A stretch of 64,000 nucleotides of DNA from Alphaproteobacteria bacterium (GTDB lineage: Bacteria; Pseudomonadota; Alphaproteobacteria; UBA828): NCBI GenBank assembly GCA_965237415.1, contig CBDEFM010000002.1:1824001-1888000 (forward strand), given 5' to 3'. The position numbers and the translations under genes are program-made. Shown in pieces: positions 13,471 through 24,552 of the stretch. Under the pieces are notes generated by a model. It was not told the origin of the DNA, made no database searches, and saw nothing but the letters and a program-made list of their open reading frames with translations. Within the stretch, counting starts at the first letter, position 1; each line of letters opens with the position of its first letter.

Positions 13471-13515
13471 CGGGATTCGGCGGGATTAAGTGGGATTAAG
13501 TGGGATTCCGTGGGA
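13471..13515. repeat. 10-bp-period tandem array (YGGGATTnnG x4.5)
   Basis: cgggattcgg cgggattaag tgggattaag tgggattccg tggga. Confidence 0.8.
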
Positions 13516-13735
13516 CGGACGGCCCAGGCGCAGGGTACGACGGCGGCGCCGGATGCCGGGCCGATTGCGGGCAGGAGAGGCTCCACCGACGAGCGCCCGC
13601 TCATCCGCACTGCGGCTGCCGTGCCCCGCTCTCTCTCGCTCTCCATGGCGCGATCCTGACGCGGACGCCCCACCCTGTGCCCCGAACCATTGTCCGGGGA
13701 GTCGGATCGGGAGTTGAAGCCGCCGCCGTCTACCT

Positions 13736-13875
13736 TCCCCCTCCGCCTTCCCGGGCCGTCAGGCCCGGACGGCGCGACTGCGCCGCGCGCCGAATGGCGC
13801 GTAGGCAAGCGAGCGGAGCTCGCGCCCGCCGTTGAGGGAAATGAACCAGTCGGCAGGGGGAAAGGGGAAGGTGGG
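13736..13875. repeat. About 140-bp multi-hairpin repeat, copy 2
   Basis: Near-identical to 13306-13446; ends accttcccc / ggggaaggt are complementary. Confidence 0.9.
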
Positions 13876-13903
13876 CCGATGACGGAGAATGACGGGCGCC
13901 GTC

Positions 13904-14146
13904 TCATTCGGCGAGGTCGATGGTGTAGTCCTCGATCACGGTGTTGGCGAGCAGGCGCGCGCACATGGCGTCGAGCTGCGCCCGCGCGGCCGCCGGGTCT
14001 GTCTCGGTAAGATCGAGTTCGAGATACTTGCCCTGGCGCACGCCGTCCACGCCGGCGAAGCCCATGCGCGCGAGCGTGTGCTCGATCGCCTTGCCTTGAG
14101 GGTCGAGAACGCCGGGCTTGAGGGTGATGTGGACTCGGGCTCGCAC
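13904..14146 (-). CDS. purS: FGAM synthase subunit PurS
   Basis: LKPGVLDPQG, VRQGK, LLANTVIE. Confidence 0.96.
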   Translation of the reverse strand: MRARVHITLKPGVLDPQGKAIEHTLARMGFAGVDGVRQGKYLELDLTETDPAAARAQLDAMCARLLANTVIEDYTIDLAE

Positions 14147-14152
14147 CCGATC

Positions 14153-14923
14153 TCACGCGCGCTCGTCGTCGTTGCGGTTGCTCGCCTCCTGCGCCACCGC
14201 CTCCCGCATCAGGCCCAGACGACGGGCGACTTCCTGATAGGCCTCGGAGACCCGCCCGAGATCGCGGCGGAAGCGGTCCTTGTCCAGCTTCTCGTCGGTC
14301 TCCAGGTCCCACAGCCGGCAGCTGTCGGGCGAGATCTCGTCGGCGAGCACGATACGCAAGTCCTCACCGTGCCAGAGCCGCCCGAATTCGAGCTTGAAGT
14401 CCACCAGCCTGATGCCGATGCCGTAGAACAGCCCGCTGAGGAAGTCGTTGATGCGGAGCGACATGGAGAGGATGTCGTCGAGCTCCTGCGGGGTCGCCCA
14501 GCCGAAGGCGGTGATGTGCTCCTCCGAAACCAACGGGTCGTCGAGCTCGTCGTTCTTGTAGCAATACTCGACGATCGAGCGCGGGAGCTGTGCGCCTTCC
14601 TTGAGGCCGAGCCGTTCGACCAGCGTGCCGGCGGCGAAATTGCGGATGATCACCTCGACCGGGATGATCTCCAACTCGCGAATCAATTGCTCGCGCATGT
14701 TGAGCCGGCGCATGAAATGAGTGGGCACGCCGATCTCATTGAGTCGCGCCATCAGATGCTCGGAGATACGGTTGTTGAGCACCCCCTTGCCGGTTATCAC
14801 CCCTTGCTTCTTGTTGTTGAAGGCGGTTGCATCGTCCTTGAAATACTGCACCAGGGTACCGGGCTCGGGCCCTTCGTAGAGGACCTTCGCCTTGCCTTCG
14901 TAGATCCGCCTGCGACGGGACAT
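14153..14923 (-). CDS. purC: SAICAR synthetase
   Basis: [43 protein letters not shown]. Confidence 0.97.
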   Translation of the reverse strand: MSRRRRIYEGKAKVLYEGPEPGTLVQYFKDDATAFNNKKQGVITGKGVLNNRISEHLMARLNEIGVPTHFMRRLNMREQLIRELEIIPVEVIIRNFAAGTLVERLGLKEGAQLPRSIVEYCYKNDELDDPLVSEEHITAFGWATPQELDDILSMSLRINDFLSGLFYGIGIRLVDFKLEFGRLWHGEDLRIVLADEISPDSCRLWDLETDEKLDKDRFRRDLGRVSEAYQEVARRLGLMREAVAQEASNRNDDERA

Positions 14924-15075
14924 GGTCGGCATCCTCGATGTGGGGGGCGTCGCGCCGGGTCGGCGCGCTTTGCGCACCCGTTACCTCGCAAACATAGTCA
15001 TAACAAGGGGCCAGTACAATCGTCTGTCGTCGTCGCTGCGGGCGAGCCGGGCACTACGGCCACGGGCACAGCTTT

Positions 15076-15825
15076 CTAAATGTCAATATTTTCAAATAGA
15101 TGACGATTCGGCGGCCCTGGCGCGAAACGCCAGACCGGGGTGGCGTCAGGCCGGCCCGGGCGCGGTAGCGCGATGAGCGACGCGTTGACCGTGCCGAATC
15201 CGCCCGTCGGCTCGATGCACATGGCGGCCTCCGGATCGCCCCCCGAGTCGCTTGTCCCGCGCGCGAGCAGCGCGGCCCATTCCTCCCAGGCATCCCGCTC
15301 GGGATCCGGCGGGAGTACCGATTCGAATGCCGCAAGATGTGTGCGGATCCGCGCCGAGTTCGCGTCGTTGCGCTCGCGCGCCGTGAACATGGAAAGACCC
15401 TCGGGCAGCGGGTGCAAGACCGGAGACTTGCTTCCATCGTGGCGCAGCCAGAACGCCTCGTCCGAATCGGCAACCACGAGGTTGAAGGGGCGATAGGCCC
15501 CGCCGTCGATATCGGCGAGCGCACAAGCCGAGGCCGCGGCATCGGCATGGTCGAGCGCATCCAGCACCAGCTCGCCCCGCGAGCGCTTGCCCGCCGCAGG
15601 CCCGAGCGCGCCCGTGCGGTTGAGGATGCCGGCCGCCAGACCGTCGTCGTTGACGCCGAGCCAGGTTCCGCCCGCGAGCTCGTCCTGGCCTGCGGTCACC
15701 TGCGCGCGGTCGGGCCAGTGGCGGCCCGGCGGCAGCCAGGGCCGGTCGATCATCTCGTCGCGGTTGGCGGCGATGAGGACCGGACAGTCGTGGCCGGGGC
15801 GTCGCAGGATCACGAGTGTGCACAT
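15076..15825 (-). CDS. NRDE/TANGO2 family protein
   Basis: N-terminal MC, AANRDE, GGTWLG, SRGELV. Confidence 0.9.
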   Translation of the reverse strand: MCTLVILRRPGHDCPVLIAANRDEMIDRPWLPPGRHWPDRAQVTAGQDELAGGTWLGVNDDGLAAGILNRTGALGPAAGKRSRGELVLDALDHADAAASACALADIDGGAYRPFNLVVADSDEAFWLRHDGSKSPVLHPLPEGLSMFTARERNDANSARIRTHLAAFESVLPPDPERDAWEEWAALLARGTSDSGGDPEAAMCIEPTGGFGTVNASLIALPRPGRPDATPVWRFAPGPPNRHLFENIDI

Positions 15826-15923
15826 GCCGCCTCCCCGCCCGAAGCGCCACGCTCGCCGTGGACCGGCGCGGGCCGCTCTGGCACAATGGGCGCGCGTCCA
15901 ATCATCGGCTGGGAGCCTGGGGC

Positions 15924-16244
15924 ATGAACACGTTTGACGACCGCAAGAACGCCGCCGAGGCGAAGTTTAGGCACGATCAGGAGTTTCAGTTCAAGGTCGT
16001 CGCCCGGCGCAACAAGCTTCTCGGCCTGTGGGCGGCGGAGAAGATGGGGATCGCGGGCGACGATGCCGAGGCCTATGCCAAGCAGGTGGTCATGGCCGAT
16101 TTCGAGGAACCGGGCGACGACGATGTCCTCCGCAAGGTGCGCGGCGACCTGACGCAGAAGGGCATCGAGGCCGACGATCAACTGATCCGCACGCAGATGG
16201 ACCGCCTGCTCGACGAGGCGAAGGGCCAGTTCAGCACCGAGTAG
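15924..16244 (+). CDS. DUF1476 / F1-ATPase zeta inhibitor subunit
   Basis: MNTFDDRK..EAKF.HD.E..FK..ARRNKLLGLWAAE, DFEEPGDDDV. Confidence 0.9.
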   Translation: MNTFDDRKNAAEAKFRHDQEFQFKVVARRNKLLGLWAAEKMGIAGDDAEAYAKQVVMADFEEPGDDDVLRKVRGDLTQKGIEADDQLIRTQMDRLLDEAKGQFSTE

Positions 16245-16290
16245 GCCGCACGCGCCGCGACCTCCACAATCCTCGCATTCAGGACCGCTG

Positions 16291-16815
16291 GTGAGCGGCG
16301 CTACTGCCGGCTGGGGCGTCCACGCCCATCGGGCGCTGCGTGCCGCCGGAGTACGCCAGGTCGCCCACGTGCCGGATGCCGGCCTGTCCGCGCTGCTCAG
16401 GCTGTGCGATGCCGACGAGACCATGCGGACGGTGCTGCTCGCCCATGAGCAGGAAGGCCCGGCGCTGGCCGCCGGCGCCTGGCTCGGCGGCGAGCGCGCG
16501 GCGCTGCTGATGCAATCGAGCGGAGTCGGCAACTGCGTCGCCGCGCTCTCGCTGATCCGCACCTGCCGCTTCCCCTTCCTCGCGCTCGTCACCATGCGGG
16601 GCGAGTGGGGCGAGACCAATCCGTGGCAGCTCCCCATGGGCCAGGGGTCGGCGGCCCACCTCGAACAATGCGGCGTCATCGTCTCCCGTGTGGACGACGA
16701 GGCGCACGCATTCGAGACCATCGCCGCCGCCGCCGCACTCGCCTTCGAGAGCGGGGCCGCAGCCGCGGTCCTCATCGGCCAGCGCGTGATCGGCGCAAAG
16801 AGCTTCGACGGATGA
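16291..16815 (+). CDS. ThDP-dependent sulfo-/phosphonopyruvate decarboxylase-like alpha subunit
   Basis: HVPD, HEQEG, LLMQSSGVGN, MRGEWGE.NPWQLPMG. Confidence 0.8.
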   Translation: MSGATAGWGVHAHRALRAAGVRQVAHVPDAGLSALLRLCDADETMRTVLLAHEQEGPALAAGAWLGGERAALLMQSSGVGNCVAALSLIRTCRFPFLALVTMRGEWGETNPWQLPMGQGSAAHLEQCGVIVSRVDDEAHAFETIAAAAALAFESGAAAAVLIGQRVIGAKSFDG

Positions 16816-17417
16816 CCGGCAAGGAACAGCCCGAGACCAGCCTCGACCGGCGCACGGCTGTGGCGCTGCTGCTCGGCGGACATGACGATGTGCTGGTGGT
16901 CCCGGGCCTCGGCTCCGCGACCTGGGACTGCGCCGCGCTCGGCGACAATCCGCTCCACTTTTCGCTCTGGGGCGCGATGGGCAACGCCTCGATGATCGGG
17001 CTCGGCCTCGCGCTCGCGCAGCCGGCCCGCCGCGTGCTGGTGCTGACGGGCGATGGCGACATGCTGATGGGGCTCGCGAGCCTCGCCACCATCGCGACGC
17101 AGGCGCCCTCTAATCTCGCCCTCGTCGTCCTCGACAACGAGCGCCACGGCGAGACCGGGATGCAACCCACGCATACGGCGCACCGCACCGACCTCGCCGC
17201 CGCCGCTGCCGCCTGCGGCTTCGCCGAGGCGCGGCAGGTCGCGGACGAAGCCGGCCTCCGCGCCGCGCTGCCGCTGGTGCACGACGTACCCGGTCCGACC
17301 TTCCTCACGGTCAAAGTCAAGGCCGAGCCCCTGCCCCGCGTCCTCCCGCCCCGCGACGGCGCCTACCTCAAGGACCGCTTTCGCACCGCACTGCTGGGAG
17401 AGGGCGCCGTCCTCTGA
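16812..17417 (+). CDS. ThDP-dependent decarboxylase beta subunit (ComE-like)
   Basis: GAMG, TGDGD...DNE ThDP motif, ETGMQ; ATGA overlap with the alpha gene. Confidence 0.8.
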   Translation: MTGKEQPETSLDRRTAVALLLGGHDDVLVVPGLGSATWDCAALGDNPLHFSLWGAMGNASMIGLGLALAQPARRVLVLTGDGDMLMGLASLATIATQAPSNLALVVLDNERHGETGMQPTHTAHRTDLAAAAAACGFAEARQVADEAGLRAALPLVHDVPGPTFLTVKVKAEPLPRVLPPRDGAYLKDRFRTALLGEGAVL

Positions 17418-17466
17418 CCGCAGTGCCCTCTCGGCCGTCCTGGGGGAGGGCCCACTCCCCCCGGTC

Positions 17467-17495
17467 TTGACCCTCGCCGTGATCGGGGATATGTC
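17467..17495 (+). promoter_or_regulatory. Candidate sigma70 promoter upstream of the NYN leader
   Basis: TTGACC (17467-17472), 17-bp spacer, TATGTC (17490-17495). Confidence 0.45.
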
Positions 17496-17505
17496 ATGGG
17501 CAACT

Positions 17506-17563
17506 CCCCCTGGGGTTTCGACCGCAGGGCGCGGGGCCTCCTCGGAGGCCCCGTCTTCAATTT
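17506..17563 (+). ncRNA. Candidate structured leader or small RNA (UUCG hairpin plus terminator-like hairpin)
   Basis: ccctg-g-ggt-TTCG-acc-g-caggg, then cggggcctcc-tc-ggaggccccg followed by tcttcaattt. Confidence 0.4.
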
Positions 17564-17573
17564 GGAGATTTCG

Positions 17574-18200
17574 GTGCGGACCTACGTCTATGTGGACGGG
17601 TTCAACCTCTACTACGGGGCGCTCAAAGGTTCGCCGTGGAAATGGTTGGACTTGTTAGCTCTTTTTCAGAATGTGCTCCAACCGCATCATCGGATTCTGA
17701 CCCTCAAATTCTTTACGGCGCGCGTGTCGGTAACGCCGAATGATCCGTCTAAACCGCAGAGGCAAGACACTTACCTCCGCGCCTTACAACACTATCGACC
17801 CGAGGTAGAAGTCTATTTTGGCCATTTCCTGAGTCACAACGTCAGATTGCCGCTCGCGGCACCGACCGCCCGACAGCGGACTGCTAAGGTGGTCAAGACC
17901 GAGGAGAAGGCCTCGGACGTAAACCTCGCGGTTCATTTGCTGAACGACAGCTGGCTGAACGCTTACGATTGCGCGATTGTCGTCACCAACGACAGCGACA
18001 TTGCCGAGGCGATGCGCTTGGTCAAGCAACATCACCGCAAACGAATCGGTCTGGCGACGCCGGGAAATCGACATCCGTCGCGTCAACTGACGGCACACGC
18101 CGATTTCTCTGTCCACATTCGCAACAAGGCGGTCCTTCAGCAGTCGCAACTGCCGGACCCAATCCCCGGCACGACCATCCGCAAGCCTGATCTCTGGTAG
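17574..18200 (+). CDS. NYN domain (LabA/DUF88, PIN-like) ribonuclease
   Basis: YVYVDGFNLYY, EEKASDVNLA, VVTNDSD acidic motifs; GGAG before the GTG; lower GC than its flanks. Confidence 0.88.
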   Translation: MRTYVYVDGFNLYYGALKGSPWKWLDLLALFQNVLQPHHRILTLKFFTARVSVTPNDPSKPQRQDTYLRALQHYRPEVEVYFGHFLSHNVRLPLAAPTARQRTAKVVKTEEKASDVNLAVHLLNDSWLNAYDCAIVVTNDSDIAEAMRLVKQHHRKRIGLATPGNRHPSRQLTAHADFSVHIRNKAVLQQSQLPDPIPGTTIRKPDLW

Positions 18201-18213
18201 CGTCCGCCTGCCC

Positions 18214-19266
18214 CTATCGACGGATTTTCGTGCCGCTGTCGCTGTCGAAGAGCCGCGCCTTGGCGGGATCCAGATTGATGCCGACTGCCGCGTCCATCGT
18301 GGCCTCGAAATCCTTGTCGGCGCGCACCACCACCTGCTCTTCGTTCAGAAGACAGGTCACGATCGTCTCGTTGCCGGTCATCTCCGTCGAATAGATGTGC
18401 GCCCGCAGCATAGCGTCCTCCACCGGCGCAAGCGCGGCGTCTTCGGGCCTGAAGCCGAGGTAGAGAGAACCGCCGGGTGCCGCGCCGGAAAGCGGCACCG
18501 CGCCGTCCTGCACGGTGAACATGCCGTCCTCCACCGTGCCCTCGATGATGTTCATGGCCGGCGCCCCGATGAAGCGGGCCACGAAGAGGTTGGCGGGGTC
18601 GTCGTAGATTTCCTTCGGCGGCGCGACCTGCTGCAGCACCCCTTCGTCCATCACCGCGACCCGATGCGCGAGCGTCATCGCCTCGACCTGGTCATGGGTC
18701 ACGTAAATGGTCGTCACGCCGAGCTCCGACTGCAGGCGCTTGAGCTCCACCCGCATGGCGATGCGGAGCTTGGCGTCGAGGTTGGAGAGCGGCTCGTCCA
18801 TCAGGAAGACCGATGGCGTGCGCACCATGGCGCGGGCCAGCGCCACGCGCTGGCGCTGGCCGCCGGAAAGCTGGCGCGGATAGCGGTGCAGCAGGTCCTC
18901 CAGATGAACCTTTTCCGCGGCCGCGCGCACTGCGCCCTCGAGCTCGGCCGCGGGCGTGCCCCGCAGCTTCAGCGGATAGCCGATGTTCTTGGCGACCGTC
19001 ATGTGCGGATAGAGGGCATAGGACTGAAACACCATCGCGACGTTGCGATATTTCGGCAGCACAGTGGTCACGTCGTGATCGCCGATCTCGATGGTGCCCC
19101 CGCTCACGGTCTCCAGACCCGCCACCATGCGGAGCGCGGTGGTCTTGCCGCACCCGGATTCCCCGAGAAGCACCAACAGCTCGCCGTCCGCGATGTCGAG
19201 GCTCAGGTTCTTGACCACCTCGTTCGAACCGAAGGACTTGCGCACATCGATCATCCGCACGCGCAT
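18214..19266 (-). CDS. Carbohydrate ABC transporter ATPase (MalK/UgpC type)
   Basis: GESGCGKT, VFQSYALYPH, LSGGQRQR, DEPLSNLD. Confidence 0.95.
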   Translation of the reverse strand: MRVRMIDVRKSFGSNEVVKNLSLDIADGELLVLLGESGCGKTTALRMVAGLETVSGGTIEIGDHDVTTVLPKYRNVAMVFQSYALYPHMTVAKNIGYPLKLRGTPAAELEGAVRAAAEKVHLEDLLHRYPRQLSGGQRQRVALARAMVRTPSVFLMDEPLSNLDAKLRIAMRVELKRLQSELGVTTIYVTHDQVEAMTLAHRVAVMDEGVLQQVAPPKEIYDDPANLFVARFIGAPAMNIIEGTVEDGMFTVQDGAVPLSGAAPGGSLYLGFRPEDAALAPVEDAMLRAHIYSTEMTGNETIVTCLLNEEQVVVRADKDFEATMDAAVGINLDPAKARLFDSDSGTKIRR

Positions 19267-19284
19267 CGCCGAATCTCCCGCCCT

Positions 19285-20333
<1,049 letters not shown>

Positions 20334-20337
<4 letters not shown>

Positions 20338-21458
20338 AGCTCGGTCCTGCGGGTCTTCCGGCCCGCGAAGTTGAAGAACGAGAGGCAGGTCACCGTCGCC
20401 ACGAACAGCAGCATGTACCCCACCGCTGCAGAGCCGCCGAGGTCCTGCGTGCGCCAGGCGATGAAGGCATGGAGTGTGAGGGATTCGGTGGCGATTCCGG
20501 GGCCGCCATTGGTGAGCACGTTGGGCAGATCGATGATCTTGAAGGCCTCGATCAGGCGGATCAGGACGATGGTCGCGGCGACCGGCGCGATCGCAGGCCA
20601 CGTGATGTCGCGGAATGATTGCCACCCGCCCGCGCCGTCGATACGCGCGGCTTCGAGTTGATCGCGCGGCTGGTTCTCGATGGCCGCGAGCAGGACGATG
20701 AACATGAACGGCGTCCACTGCCAGGTATCGCCGATGAGCACCACCATGCGCGCCGTCCACGGATCCGACGCCCAGGCGAATTCGCTGAGCCCGAGCCCGG
20801 TCCAGATGTCGGCGAAGGGTCCTTTGTGCATGTCGGCGAGCATGCGGAACATGTAGGCGATGCCGACGGGCGTCACCATGATCGGCAGAAAGAAGACCAC
20901 GCGAAACAGGTTCCGCCCGTAGATATTCTGCGAGCAGAGAACGGCCAGGCCGAGCGCCAGCCCGAATTGAACCGAGACGCCGACGAACACGTAGAAGAGT
21001 GTGACCACGAGCGAGCCGGGAAAGCCGCCGCCCAACGTCAACACCAGAAGAATGGTCAACGCACCGGCGACGAGCGTGGCAACGGATCGCCCGATGACGC
21101 CAACCACAGTCGCGCCAGGCCGAATCAGATAACGAACATAGAAGTAGAGCAGGGGCGCAAAGATCGCGCCTATGACCAACCAGTCAATGGCGCCCAGGGG
21201 ATCGAATGTTCCGAGCAGATGATACTGCTGGGATCCGAAGATCAGCTTCTTGAAGTTGAGCCACTTGACGAACTTGAGCAGAAAACCTTCGGAGGAAAAT
21301 TTCAGCTTGGTCAGAGTGAGATAGGCCGAGATCAATAGCGGAAACAACGAAAACGCCAGCAGCGTGAGCACCGCCGGCAGGATGAACACCTTGCCGGCAT
21401 TGCGGTCGACCCACTCGCCGATGCGGTCGCGACCGTCGCGGGCCTCCAGAAAGGCCAA
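20334..21458 (-). CDS. Carbohydrate ABC transporter permease (MalF type, extended)
   Basis: DTWQWTPF, EAARIDGA, TNGGPG. Confidence 0.9.
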
Positions 21459-21486
21459 TGCCGGAATGCCTTAGTCGAACAAAGCG

Positions 21487-21528
21487 GCTCCGGCACGCGC
21501 GGTCAGTAGCCTGGGCGCGTGCCGGAGC
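21487..21528 (-). terminator. 14-bp hairpin between the binding protein and permease genes (terminator or mRNA stabiliser)
   Basis: gctccggcacgcgc (21487-21500) / gcgcgtgccggagc (21515-21528) perfect inverted repeat. Confidence 0.6.
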
Positions 21529-21540
21529 CTGAAGGGTCGT

Positions 21541-23031
21541 CTAACGGCCGAGCGTCGCGCGATAAGCTGCGCCCTGATCGTCGACGTCGTTTTCTTCGTT
21601 CAGCTCATTCCAGCCGTCTTCGATGGCCTGCATCGCCTGCGCCTTGTCGATCTCACCTGCGAGCAGGCGGGAGATGGAGCTGTCGAGCACCACCTGCTGA
21701 TAGGCCTGGTTCTTCGGGATACGCAGGTCCAGCACCATGTTCGGGCTGTTCAGGCTGGCTTGAATGGCGCCGAGATAGTCATTCGCCGCGGCCTCGCTCA
21801 TTCCCGCCTTCACCCAGACACCGATATCGCTGAACTGCGAGAGACGATAGGGGTTGAAGCCGGTCATGCCGATGGTCACGTCCTCGTTGGACTGCGCCGG
21901 CTGCGACATGTGGGAGAAGAAGGCGTAGGCCGCATCCTTCACCTTGTCGTCCGCTTTGGCGTTGATGGCGCCTGACCAGCCGCCGAAGGCGGCGAAGGGC
22001 GCGCGATTGACCCCGTTGATGGCGTAGGGGCAGATCTCGGCATCGCACGGCACGAGCTTGCCGGTGGCGCGGTCGAGCACCTCCGTCGAGCCGGGCAGCA
22101 TGATCGAGCCCACCTTGTCGATGACCTGGGAGTTCTCCGGATCGATGGCGAGCGTGCCGATATCGCCCCAGTCGATGGTCAGCGCGCAGCGGCCGGAGGT
22201 GAACAGGCTCCGCGTGTCGCCCACGTCGAGGTTGATCTCGTCGGGCGGCCCGTACTGGGTCGTCTCGACGTAAACGTCGAGGGCGGCGGCGAAGGCATCG
22301 TTGTTGACCAGCGGCTCCATGGTGTCGGCATTGAAGAAGATGCCCTGCGACGTCCCCTGCGACTGCAGGAACCCGCTCGCGACCGAGAGGATCATCCAGT
22401 AGGCCTGCGCATTGCGCTTCTTGGAGATGCAGGAGCCGTAGTCCGGCGAGCCGTCGCCGTTCATGTCCTGGCCGTCGAGTGCCTTGGCCGCGGCGATGTA
22501 GTCCTGCCACGTCTCGGGCGCCGCGATGCCGGCCTCGGCGAAGAGGTCGGAGCGGTAGTAGACCATCTGGAAGTCGCCATCGAGCGTGAGCATGTAGGTG
22601 TCGCCCGCGAACTTCTGCGAGAACTCGCGGAAGAACGGCGCGATGTCGTCCTCCTGGAGATTCTCATCCGCCGCGACGCGCGCGCTGAGGTTCTCCATGA
22701 AGCCTGGCACGATGTAGTCGACCGCCCACTGCGGCGCGAACACCGCTGCGTCGATGGAGTTGGTGCCCGATGCCCAGTCCGTCAGCACCTTGCTGTAGAG
22801 GTCCGAGAACGGCACCGTGATGATGTTGATCTGTGCGCCGGTCATGGCGTTGAAGTCCGGTGCGCGGCGCTGCAGCGGCTCGGCGATCTGCGGGCCGGTG
22901 AAGGTCATGATGTTGACCTCCACGCCATCGAACTCGCCGGCCGCCTGTGCCGTTCCGGCGACGAGCGCCAGCGCGGCGACGCCCGCAAGCGGCGCCAGAA
23001 CGGCGTTCTTGCACAGTGTCTTGATGTTCAT
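21541..23031 (-). CDS. ABC transporter periplasmic solute-binding protein (family 1)
   Basis: Signal peptide ending AQA; YYRSDLF...PETWQDY; FGGWSGAIN; first gene of the ABC operon. Confidence 0.9.
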   Translation of the reverse strand: MNIKTLCKNAVLAPLAGVAALALVAGTAQAAGEFDGVEVNIMTFTGPQIAEPLQRRAPDFNAMTGAQINIITVPFSDLYSKVLTDWASGTNSIDAAVFAPQWAVDYIVPGFMENLSARVAADENLQEDDIAPFFREFSQKFAGDTYMLTLDGDFQMVYYRSDLFAEAGIAAPETWQDYIAAAKALDGQDMNGDGSPDYGSCISKKRNAQAYWMILSVASGFLQSQGTSQGIFFNADTMEPLVNNDAFAAALDVYVETTQYGPPDEINLDVGDTRSLFTSGRCALTIDWGDIGTLAIDPENSQVIDKVGSIMLPGSTEVLDRATGKLVPCDAEICPYAINGVNRAPFAAFGGWSGAINAKADDKVKDAAYAFFSHMSQPAQSNEDVTIGMTGFNPYRLSQFSDIGVWVKAGMSEAAANDYLGAIQASLNSPNMVLDLRIPKNQAYQQVVLDSSISRLLAGEIDKAQAMQAIEDGWNELNEENDVDDQGAAYRATLGR

Positions 23032-23173
23032 TGGTTACTCCCCAGGTGATGCGACGCTCACGCGTCTGCGCGAAACGGTTCCGGCTCCCTCACAGCGAGC
23101 AGAGTCGGGATGGCGGCATGTACGCACAGCATCGCCATTTGTCCAGCGGGATCGGGCGTCGCGCGGTCTGGCC

Positions 23174-23344
23174 GGCGCGCCAGGCCGCGGTCGGATCCGG
23201 CCTCCGCACCACTCGGCCGCTGGTGCACGCAGTGCCAGGGCCGACCTCCCTCACGGTCAAGGTCAAGGCCGAGCCCCTGCCCCGCGTCCTCCCGCCCCGC
23301 GACGGCGCGTACCTCAAGGACCGCTTTCGCGCGGCGTTGCTGGG
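23174..23344 (+). repeat. Degenerate direct copy of the 3' end of the ComE-like gene (about 17228-17397)
   Basis: Both copies encode LTVKVKAEPLPRVLPPRDGAYLKDRFR. Confidence 0.9.
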
Positions 23345-24552
23345 CACCGACGCCACCCACCGAACTCGACACCGCATCGACCATCTCGGCGAAGAGCCCG
23401 CGCTCGGGACTTTCTCTCCCTCTGCCGGTGCTGTGTTGACTTGCTTTGCTGAGCACCCCACCGTTGCCGCCATGCTTTTCTCGAGTCGCAACGCTGTCGG
23501 GATGCTTCGGGATGTCGCTTCCTAAACGGCTGGCGTTTGCAAAGCTCGCTGGTAACGCGACACGGCTCCAACGGCATGGACTGCTCTGTAGTCACCGACG
23601 TCGAAACGACACTTTCGATTCATGCGTGGCGGCTGGTCTGATGGTATGCCCGAAATTCAACGAAGCGGAGTTCGCAACCATCCATCTGCCGGAGTTGGCG
23701 GATCGCCGCGCTCCCTAGCCACGCCCATTACCGCCGACCGACTCACTCTGCTGAGGAACGCGACACCATGAGACGCCAAATCGGATCCCTTCACTCAATC
23801 GCAATGCTCCTGGTGGTTGGCAGCTTGTCAGGGGTCCTGTCCGCTTGTGGCGGCGGATCCGACGGAGGGCCGCCGTCGTCGTCGCGTCCAGCGATACCCC
23901 AGGATGTTGCCGAGGCGCTCGATGTGGCGATCGACGCGGATCCTGCGTCGACGGCACCGGACTTGCTGGACGCGGAGGGCTCGGGGGCGCCCGCGGATGC
24001 ATCCGCACTCGAGGAAACGGCTGACGCGGTTGGAACCCGAATCGATGGCTGGGACGACAATGTGTACGTGCGAATGAACGAGGCGGATTCGACCGATACG
24101 TTCATAATCTACAGCAACAAGGACGAGCCAACGCCCACGCCGTTTTACATGGTCCACGCGCTCGACAACAGTGATTCCTTGATCCTCGACACCTCTAACG
24201 TCGGATTGGTCAGCGGTGTGGCCGAGTTCCCATCGGCGGTCAATCAGGTGGATGTGCTGTTCATGGCCGACGCCGAGTTTGCGGGCAGGTTCCACGGCGC
24301 GCCGGGCACCTATACGTGCGTCTCGATGTGCAGCCTCTCAACAAATATGAACGGCGCGCTGGCCGAGGTAGGCGGCGTTTGGCGATTCGCACCTGACGAT
24401 AATGAGTTCCTGGTGCCGGTAGAGGACAGCGACTACGTCCATTTCGGCTACTGGATGCATGAATCCGAAGCGAACGGCGACCCCATCATCATGGTCGGCG
24501 CCATTGCCGGCGGCACCGCAGAGTCCGCAATCGGCACCGTTCAAGACCTTGA

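Noticed and set aside
13068-14312. 414-aa ORF with an internal repeat across the purS-purQ spacer
   Set aside because: Overlaps purS and purC out of frame, is low-complexity R/P/G-rich, and its repeat simply reflects the 429-bp DNA offset.
23031-23525. 164-aa ORF upstream of the binding protein gene
   Set aside because: Its only recognisable part is the duplicated ComE-like tail; treated as a repeat, not a gene.
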